Under the pieces are notes generated by a model, which saw only the letters and a program-made list of their open reading frames with translations, had not been told where the DNA came from and searched no databases. From Octopus vulgaris (taxonomy: Eukaryota), in assembly GCA_951406725.2 (NCBI GenBank), contig OX597834.1, forward strand, positions 29,946,001 through 30,010,000: a DNA stretch of 64,000 nucleotides, given 5' to 3'. The stretch's first letter is position 1. Each line of letters starts with the position of its first letter. The translations under genes were made by a program, and so were the position numbers. Below, in pieces: positions 13,601 to 24,700 of this stretch.

Positions 13601-16600
13601 ACCATTTTCCTCTCATTACCCTCTGGTATTGTCCCCAAGGTCCCAACAATAATTGGATTTATCTTCACTTTTTCCTTTTCCCACACTCAAGCTATCTTGT
13701 ATTAAAGAAGCTTGGGTGTGTCTATTCTTTTTTTTTTTTTTTTTTTGCATTCCTTCTTAACTATTTGTGGGTCAAAAACTTATTATTATTATAATTATCT
13801 AAGGTGGTGAACTGGTAGAATCGTTACCATGCCTGGCAAAATGCTTAGCAGCATTTTCTCTGTCCTTACGTTCTGAGTTCAAATCCCACTGAGGTCGACT
13901 TTATCTTTTCGGGGTCAATAAAATAAGTACCAGTTGTGTACTGGGGTTGATATAACGACTAACCCACTTCCCTAAAATAGCTGGCTTTGTGCCAAAATTT
14001 GAAACCCTTGTCTACTAGAGAGTATTGTAGAAGAGACACAAGCACAATTTAACCACAGAGAAACGCACTTTTTCTTGGATCATTTTCATGTGAAAACACA
14101 TTTTTTTTCCATGGAAAATTATATATCATTTGAAAGTTCAAGATCTGAACTTTCTTCTCATATAGCTTTCATAAAAATCCAACATTTACATATCATGCCA
14201 GGGTCCCTCAATCACCCTGGTATTTCCAACCACTCACAAAGCCTGCCTCCACCCCACTTTTTCTTTTGACTGCTGAACTGTAGCTTAGAAAACAACATAT
14301 TTTCTTCAAGAGCTTTATATCATAAGAAAGCAAAATTTCTCACGAATTCAATACAGCCATTGCTGAATCTGGCCACAATATGGCGAAAAAGCACAAAACC
14401 AAAGAAGGTGCTATACTGACTCTAACAATCTCACTGATGTGTTGTAGTGTGGTGAGGGGTCATACGGAACATGAAGGCTTCAAATATTGAATTTGAGCCA
14501 AAATTTCAAGAAATGGATAAACATTTATTTCTACAAAAGAATGCTCTAAATTGAGCTACATAAGTCTTCCTGATCCCAAAATTTGCTTGAAATTGTTGTA
14601 CTGAGAATGTTGTCTTAGTCCCTCTTGCCATTTTAATGTGTGGAAAGCAACATCCGAATTTTACACACCAGGTATTCTTCTACCTGTAAATTTTGTTTTA
14701 CTTAGGGTTAGGTCAAATTTTGCTCATAAAAATTACATTAACCCTTTCGTTACTATATTTCTGACCAAAATACACCCCTTATGTGTTTCAATTAATTTCT
14801 AACGTAATCATAAATTTAGTCTGGTTTCATTAAACAACTATAACTTTTTTATTTATCAATATATTAATCTGATTTTTGGAAGATAATTTAATGAAATGTT
14901 CTCAACCAATTCTATACTATAATTTTTGTCACAAAGTGACTCTAATTGCAGGTAGATACAGGTAAATTCAACAAAATATAAAATTATTAAAATTTTGTTC
15001 AAACATCGCTATAGAAAATGAGTTATTAGCTAATATTCAATTGGGTATACAACAAAATTTTACGATAGAATTTGTTATTCTGGATAACTTTCTGATACCC
15101 ATAATAATATTTATGGCAAAATAGTCTTAATTTCATTTAAGGTTGTGGGAAACCACTAACTATCCTTTCTTTCGCTTTGTTTACATTTAGCGTAACGGTT
15201 CGTTTCCGCCGTAATGATTTCAAATAGGCTCATTCGAAAAAGTAAAAAGAAATAGTCTAAGGCTTTACTCTTCTGGGAAAGTCTGTGGCTTGGTCCAGTT
15301 TCTTCAGAAAAATCAACGAAAGAAACAGTTTTTAAATTTTCACTCCATTCAGGTGCCAATTCATTTTCTTTATCGCTGTCGGAGCTCTCGGATTCACTGT
15401 TTTCACTTTCGGAAAATGAAACATCAGATTCATTATCAAATACCACGTGCTTTTTTTTTCAGTCATAGAGTTAGATTTATGAAGGTCTTCAGTAGAAAAT
15501 CCTTCGAATTCTGACTCGCTGCTTGATATAATGAAATTTGTATCCATTTTTTGTCAGAATTACAAATTTTGAAAACACAATAGGAACAAATTTCGGAAAA
15601 AAATCTCCCAAAATTCACAGAATTAAAATTACACTTCGATTTTTGTACAAAACTGTAGTTGAACTCTTTTCACGAATGTACTAAAGAGATTTGCTCTGAT
15701 ATTCTCATTTAAATATGAATAGGTAAATTCAGGCGGCTTGGTCACATTAACCAAAATTTTTTTCGGGCGGTTTGGTAACGAAAGGGTTAAGCAATGAATA
15801 TTATTTTATAGAATAAAAAAGTCCAATGTGATGGGTTTTTTTTTTTATTTCTGATTTTGAATACAGTTGGATAATTTGTGGTAGGGTTTTCAATTTCACT
15901 TTGGGTTTTTTTCCTCTTTCTCTTACTAACATATTTGCTATAAGTTACAAGCATTTTTAATGCTTTTAGTTTATGCTTTTAATGCTTAAAGTAAGAAATT
16001 AGTTTTCACATTTTGTTTGTTTCCTAATCTCGGTCTACATGAAAATAACTAGTAAACTTTCAAAAAATTTTTCTCCTATCATTTCCAAGGCTGTGGGTGA
16101 AAAAAAAAAAAAAAAAGAAAAATCCCCATCAAAATAGAGAAAATTCAACTTATGTAGGTGTTTTTTTTTATTTCTGACCCTAACCCTGAAATTTCACCAT
16201 TTATAGCCATTTTTAATAGGCCATTAAAATTTTATTGCAATGGTGTCATGTCCTAAAATCTCAGGATTTATTTAGTTATATACCTACTGCAAATGTGCCA
16301 AAACTCAAATGCCTGTGGCTTGTGCTTTTGTACCAGCAATGTCTGAGAACACCACAAAATTGGCAGTCTGTTGCATGTAACAAAATAGACTCTACATAAA
16401 TATTTAAAATTTGCCGAAAATGTTTCATTTTCAAGAGCCTGAAAAAAAAAATTAGGCAACTGCTTTCCCATGGACATTATTAATTTGTGTTATTTGAAGA
16501 TGATTATCACCTCAGTTTCAAAGATATGGCATCATAAATCTGGCTAATTATTCATTGAGGTCAATTAGGCAAGGTTTCCAACCTATTCACTGACCATTCA

Positions 16601-16804
16601 GATTGTCGTATTTTTTACTAAAATATCTAAATTTCACAAATGAGCTATCAAAATGTTTCTTTTTCGATGCTCTCCAAGAAAAAGTACAGAGGAAATTACA
16701 TTTAAATATTTCCAAAAGTGATACCTGTTATTCTTTAAAAAAAAAAAAAAAGCCAAGTAAAATACTTAACAACATATTCAGGCCTTGTGCCCATAGTTGA
16801 AAGG

Positions 16805-16855
<51 letters not shown>

Positions 16856-18522
16856 TGAAAGGTGGCAAGCTGGCAGAATTGTTAACATGTCAGACAAAAT
16901 GCTTAGTAACATTTCTTCTGACTGATTACATTCTGAGTTCAAATTTTGGCAAGGTTGACTTTGCCTTTCATTCTTTCTGGACTGATAAAATAAGTACCAG
17001 TTGGGTACTGGGGGATGATGTATTCCACTAGCTTCTTCTTTCAAAATTTCATGCCTTCTCCCTATTATAGAAAGAATTATTATTATTATTATTATTATAA
17101 TGCTCAGGTTCATTCTTATTCCTGATTGGATTTATGTGGGTAGCGGGTTACTACCTGTAACCTTAGGTGTCCACAAGATTTCAATAGTCTTTCAAGTGCT
17201 TAGGACTCTCCTTATAATCTTTCCTGTCCCTAAGAGGCAAACTTTCAGTAGAAGCTCTGCAGGACATTCTATTCCAATCTTCTTCAACCGTGTCTCTATA
17301 TCTTTCCTCACAATTCTCAATCCACCAATTATTTCAGGCACAACTTTTACATTTTTCATGCTCCAAGTTCTTGCAATTTCAAATTTTAAGGGGATTATAT
17401 TATTAAAGATCCACTGATAAGGGTTTTGGTTGGCCTGCATATAATACTAGCCACTTTGCCAAGGTGCTGTGCAATAGGATTGAACTTGAAACCACTTGTT
17501 TAGAAAGTGAAATTCTCAACCATTTCATGATGCTGTACCTACAGATCTTTCTCTACAATCACTAAGTAAAAAAGAGAAAACAAGTAGAAAGAATTATGTT
17601 TTATCACCACCATCATCATCACCAGCACAGTCTCCTCTCTGCAAATTGAACTTATATATAATATTTTATGTATATATATATATATATATATAACTAAAAA
17701 TAAGGGTGTCTGAGAGACACCACCATGCCGAAATAGCAGTCAAATCCTGACTTTAAAAACCACGTTAAATGTTCATATCGCACCATGAGATAAGACAGAG
17801 GGACAAAATAGACTAGCAAAAAATATTACTGAATTTTTTGCTAATATTTCTTGCTAGTCTATTTTGTCCCTCTGTTTTATCTCATGGTGCGATATGAACA
17901 TTTAACGTGGTTTTTAGAGTCAGGGATTTGACTGCTATTTCGGCATGGTGGTGTCTCTCAGACACCCTTATTTTTAGTTGTAAAAAATTATTACCTTTCT
18001 ATGGTATTTTTCCCATGCTAGCCACTTGATTACATCAATATTTAAATATCGATATTATCCTTATTTATAAATATATATATATAATATTTTATGTATATAT
18101 ATATATATATCTTTTATTCTTTTACTTGTTTCAGTCATTAGACAAGCAGTGCCCCATGCTGGGACACTGCCTTGAAGAATTTCTAGTCGAATAAATCAAC
18201 CCCAGTACTAAATTTTTTTCAAGCCTGGTACTTATTCTATTGGCCTCTATTGCCAAACTGCTAAGTTATGGCGATGTAGATAAACCAATATAGGTTGACA
18301 AGCAGTGGTGGGAGACAAACACAGTCAAACACAGTCACGCACACATAGATATACATATACATATAGGATGGGCTTCTTTCAGTTTCCATCTCTGAGATCC
18401 ACTCACAAGACTTTGGTCAGCCCAAGACTATAGTAGAAGACACTTGCTCAAGGTGCCACACAGTGGGACTGAACCCAGAACCATGTGGTTGGGAAGCAGG
18501 CTTCTTACCACACAGTCAGGCC

Positions 18523-18558
<36 letters not shown>

Positions 18559-19175
18559 TGTGTGTACATATGTATATATAATACTTGAAATTTAAAAGAA
18601 TTTATTCTAATAATCATTGTGCATACATTTCAGTAATGCTTTTGTAATTAATAACTATTGGTTTTTTGGGGGTATTTTTTCAGCAATTTCACAACTTACC
18701 TTGTTTCCATATTGAGTCTAAGTTACAGTTAACTGTTTACATCTTAAACCATTTTCATATATCTTCTCAATGAAATCTACTTTATATATATACACACATA
18801 TATAGATAGATACATACATACACACACACACAGAATGATATAAATAAATACACATATATATAATACACTCACATACACACACACAAAGTGGCTAAATGAA
18901 AAACTTCTTTCTTCTCCTTTTATTCATATCAGGCATTTGCTGGTGAACAAGCGTGTTATCAGTCTGTGGTCAGCCATGGTGGTCAGCTGTTTCTACTAGG
19001 AACTGAATCTGTTACAGTCTTTTCTGTGAGGTCATGGATGGAGGTACGTATTCTATCTCTGTATGACCCTCTCTTATGTTCCTATTTTTCAGGAAATTAT
19101 TTTGAAATGTATGCCTCTTCTAACCAATATATAAACATGATCTCTATAAACCTTTATATACATACATACATAAAT

Positions 19176-19207
<32 letters not shown>

Positions 19208-21766
19208 TCATATATATATATAATAATTTTGCTATTAGGATTCTGATATATTCTTTAGTCTTGTAAAACAAATCTTCTGTGTTTTTACATTTTATTTCTT
19301 TTCTTGGCATATAAAAAAGCATCCACTACACTCTCAGAGTGGTTGTCGTTAGGAAGGGCATCCAGCTGTAGAAACTCTGCCAAATCAAGATTGGAGCCTG
19401 GTGCAGCCATCTGGTTCGCCAGCCCTCAGTCAAAATCGTCCAACCCATGCTAGCATGGAAAGCGGACGTTAAACGATGATGATGATATATATCCTAATAG
19501 CAAAAGTATTATACAATATTATACAAAATAATAACCAACATGATAACCGGTTTTGCTATCGCTTTTCAAATTTTGAATTTTGGGTGAACTCATCCAAAAC
19601 TCAAAACTTGAAGAGTGATAGCAATCCACACACTTCTTCCATTGGTGTTGCAATGCTTGGATCCCATTGCTGAAGAAGTTTTCAACCTGTTGGTCTAAAA
19701 ATGTCATTAATAGCAGATTTGACCTCATCATCAATGCAATACTGATTTGCAGCCAAATGCTTTTTCATGGACAGGGGACAGTTGATAATCAAATGGGGCC
19801 ACATCAGGAGAATGGGGAACATGATCAACCAGGTCAAAGCCACAGTCATGCACAGCAGCCGTTGACACCAAGGGCTTGTCTGCTGGAGCATTATCCTAAT
19901 GAAACAAGACCCCTTTCCTAACTCAGGATGAGTTTTGAGTTCATTAGTGTGAGCCTGATAAACAAAATGAGGCATAAGGGATGTATTCTCATGGAAAGTG
20001 GGTTTATATAAATAATGGTGGGCAACAGTCATCTTTATATATAAAACTGAAGTTGTGTGTGTGAGAGTTTGTCTCCTCCGATTTAGATTCCTAACTACTC
20101 CCACATTTTGCGGTGCAGTTTAACCAAAAGCGGGTATCTTATAGTCGTGATTCATATCAAGCCCTTCTGGGTATTGGTGCGCATCTACGATGAGTCTACG
20201 ATTTAAAAAAAAATTTACCATCATTTGTTCGTTTTTTTAATGCATTTTTTGCTTGGTTTATATAAGGGAAGTAACTCTCTAAAAATGCTTATATAGTTAT
20301 TTCCCTTACACACCCGAGCAACGCCAGGCAATACTGCTAGTTGGACATATAATTATTTAGAGCTATATATAATCTTACCTACGTCTGAATCCAGTCTTGC
20401 CTAAAACCCTCACATAAGGCTTACGTTTGAGAACATCATTTGAAAATAGTCAATGTTTTGTTGTGTTTTCTTCTTACAGAGAATTGAGGTCCTTGTGAAA
20501 CAGAACAAATACAGAAGTGCCCTTGCATTGGCTCTGTCCTTCTATGAAGGAAAGGCTAAAGCTGTTGTTGGATTGGTCGGTTCTTCTAGAAAACGAAAAG
20601 GCATTGTGAAAGATTTAGTACGTGTTTTTTTATTATTTTTTTTCCCTGTTTTCATATTGTCAACATGCTGTTATTGTATGACCCTAGATCAGCCCTGATC
20701 CAGCAGATATAGGACCAAACATACCCCACCACCAATCATCATGTCTTGTCGTATACATCAGGAGCTAAGTTTCTTTGTCGTTCAATGAATACCTGTTTCC
20801 TTCTGCATGGATTTTGATGGGAAATTATTTTAACCCTTTAGCATTGGAACCAACCATATCCAGCCCAAATATTCTACCTGTTTTAACCCTTTAGTGTTCG
20901 CACTATTCTGCCAAAATTAATGCTTTTCCATCCACATTGTTTTGAACTAATCATGCATTATCTTGTAGCTATGAGATTTTGATGAGGTAGCTGTTAATTT
21001 TTAAAACAACATTGTAGGGTTGGTGTGAGAGACCAGATCTGGCCAGTTTGAACATAAAACAGGCAGAATACTTTTGGCCAGATATGGCTGGTTTAAATGC
21101 TAAAGGGTTAAGTTCAAACTGATCAGATATGGCCTCTCACACCTATCCTACAATGCCAGTCTAATGATAAGCAATCACATCATCAAAGATAATGCAGGAT
21201 TCATTGAAAACCATGTGGATGAATAAGCATCACGTTTGACGGAGTAGTCTGAATGCTAAAAGGATGAGGAAGAATTTTATGACTGGCTGCTCCTTTTGAC
21301 CCTTACTGGTTTTTGAGTAAAGGATTTCTTTTTATTGCATCGGTCCTTGAAGATGCAGGGCAAGTGGAAATATAGTCAACATCAGTGTTGCTTCAGTCAA
21401 GAAGCGACAAGCGTTGAATGTAGGCGCAGGAGTGGCTGTGTGGTAAGTAGCTTGCTTACCAGCCACATGGTTCCGGGTTCAGTCCCACTGCGTGGCATCT
21501 TGGGCATGTGTCTCTGCTATAGCCCCGGGCCATGCCCCAGCATGGCCACAGTCTAATGACTGAAGCAAGTAAAAGATAATAGGTAAAAGTAATGCAGTGA
21601 GTGAAGCAGCTTTGGAAAACTTTACAAACATTCCCATGACTAATAGTTGAACACCCATTAGGGATCAATGCTCCCACCACCATCACAACACAGGATTCTT
21701 AACGCTGTCGTAAAACTGTTGAGTGTGTAGCTGTAATGACTCCCTGGGTGCGTGTGTGTGTGTATG

Positions 21767-21797
<31 letters not shown>

Positions 21798-24700
21798 TTA
21801 GTCCCCACCTCCTCCAGCATCTAAAGTAGAATAACTTAAATATGTACGAGTTATTTCCCCCTTATAATTTTTCACTCAATCTCTGTAAAACGTGACTTCA
21901 GAATTGTAAAGGGACGTAATTCAATACTGCAAGATATTTTATCTTGCCCCACCGTTTCAACAATCAATCAATAATAATAATAGTACTTTCTACTCTATGC
22001 AGAAGGCTTGAAATTAGTGGGAGGGACTTAGTCGATTACATCAGCCTCACCCTCGGTAGGATTTGAACTCAGAACGCAAAAACGGATGAAATACCACTAA
22101 GCACGGAAACTGAAAGAAGCTTTTTGAATGTGTGTGTGTGTACATACATGTATGTATGTATATGTTAGTGTTTGTGTCTCCTTGTCTGAACATCACATGA
22201 CAGCCGTGAAACAAGCTTCACCATCATGAAAGAAATACCCTTCATTTCCAGTCTCCCATGAAAACATGTCCATCCATGGAGAAATATTACCTTACTTGGA
22301 AACGGGTGGTTTCCTAGAAAATCTGCCTGTCTCTGTAGAGTTTGTCCATGGCTTCTCTACCCTTTGACAGGTTTTATTTCTAATCCTCCTGTGCCTCACC
22401 ATGCCCTCCTAACCTCATAAACTGGGTGGACTTAACTAGTTAAGTGTTGGACTCTCTACCCCTCACTCTAAACCCTAAAGTAAACCCAACCGTAATTTTA
22501 ACTCATTTTCTTATTCTTGTAGTGAAATTACATTTGTTTCATTTAATTTGAAAACTAGGAGGGCCTGGCTATGCGGTAAGAAATTTGCTTACCAACCACA
22601 TGGTTCTGGGTTCAGTCCCACTGCATGGCACCTTGGGCAAGTGTCTTCTACTATAGCCTCAGGCCAACCAAAGCCTTGTGAGTGGATTTGGTAGACTGAA
22701 ACTGTGTGTGTTTGTGTGTCCCACCACTGCTTGACAACTGGTGTTGGTGAATTTACATCGAGACTGATAGAATTAGTACCATGCTTAAAAACAAAATACA
22801 AGTCCTGCTGCCAATTCATTCAACTAAAATCCTTCACGGTTGTACCCCAGCATGGCCACAGTCTAATGACTAAAACAAGTGAAAGATAATAAAAGACATT
22901 TATTTCTAATCTTTTATACTTCAAAATGAAACAAGCAACAGGTTTTCTTCCTTCTTTCTTCTTTCTTTCTTTTTTCTTTCGTATTCAATTTGTTTCCTTT
23001 CCTTCTTCTTCTTCAGATGTTGAATCTGTTGTTTGAATTTGTGGATTTATCAATGACTCAGTTTTGTCCTGAAAAGGGGAAAATTGAAACTTTGGAAGAC
23101 TATTACCAGGTAAACCACTTTCAATTTAAACCTATTTTCCTTTTAAATCACCTCCAGGGACATCTTTCTATTCCTCTCTTTGCATTTTGAAACTGTTTTT
23201 CAAATTTGTTTCTTTTACTCTTCATGTACATATTTAACCCTTTCGTTACCAAACCGGCTGAAACTGGCTCTGGCTACAAATGTCTTGTTTTCATGAGTTT
23301 TGAATTAAAATCTTCCACCAAATCTTAGACACAATTTATGTTCCTAACACTAGCTGAATGATAACCAAGTTATTTTACTAAATTCTTTGTTATATTTAAA
23401 GTAATTCAAAGAAACACAGAGCATCTCAAAATAAATACGGTAACAAAAGGGTTAATGGGATTGTATCTTTGCTTTTCATCCCTCCAGGAGTCAATAAGAT
23501 GAAGTGTCAGTCACGCACTGTCACTGATGAAACCAACGAAACCCCTTCGTCAAAATTTCAGGCCTTGTGCCTAAATTTAAAAAATTTTATCATTATTATT
23601 AATAAAAGACATGTAATGCCATACTAACCATGTGTGTGGATATAACGGTTAGTAAAACATATTAAAATACTAACCATCATCATCATCGTTTAACGTCCGT
23701 TTTCCATGCTAGCATGGGTTGGACGGTTCAACCGGAATCTGGGAAGTCAGAAGGCTGCACCAGGCTCCAGTCTGATCTGGCAGTGTTTCTACAGCTGGAT
23801 GCCCTTCCTAACGCCAGCCACTCCGTGAGTGTAGTGGATGCTTTTTACGTGCCACCGGCACAGGTGCCAGGCAAGGCTGGCAACGGCCATGATCGGATTG
23901 GTGCTTTTTACATGCCACCGGCATGGAAGACAGTCAAGGCGGTGCTGGCATCAGCCATGTTCGGATGGTGCTTTTTACGTGCCACCGGCACAGGTGCCAG
24001 GCAAGGCTGGCAACGGCCATGATCGGATTGGTGCTTTTTACGTGCCACCGGCATGGAAGCCAGTCAAGGCAGCGCTGGCATCAGCCACGTTTGGATGGTG
24101 CTTTTTACGTGCCACCAGCACAGGGATCACAACTACAATTTCAGTAGATATAATAGTAGTACAAAGTAGATCAAAATACTGACCAGACATGTAGATATAA
24201 TAATGAGGAAAATGTATTCAAATAGGGGCCACATATGTAGCTGTAATGGTTAGTAAAATATGTTGACATACTAACCACATTTGTAGAAATAATAGTAGTA
24301 CAAAATACATTCAAATACTGCCCACATTTGTTTACCTTTTCTGTTAATGACAGGTTAATTCTTTCTGCTAATTATGTACTTAACTGACCATCACCTCCGC
24401 CACTACTATCTCCTCTACATGCTTCTTTATTCATATTTTTTACTTGTTCTACTCTTAATAACAATTTGCATGGACCGCCTCCACTAATACCTGGAATCTC
24501 CCTCTTCTCTTTCCCAGGGTATCGTTCCAGTGTGTGTAGACTATTGCCTATGCTTGGAATGTGTGTAAGTAAAATTCTTCTCCTGTAATTAAAAATTAAT
24601 TAACTACCTCATTAGACAATAGGACCTCTATACTTCTCTCAACCATCTAGAAATAACCACTAAGTCTCCCTCAAATCCCAACCTACTTTGTTAAGAAAAA

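Noticed and set aside
17704-17745. CTGAGAG...CCGAAATAGC as a hammerhead in the large palindrome
   Set aside because: Core spacing is wrong, and neither stem II nor a palindromic stem III can be formed.
23523-23545. CTGATGA...GAAAC hammerhead-like words
   Set aside because: No stems I-III; lies in a decayed family B SINE, so a chance match.
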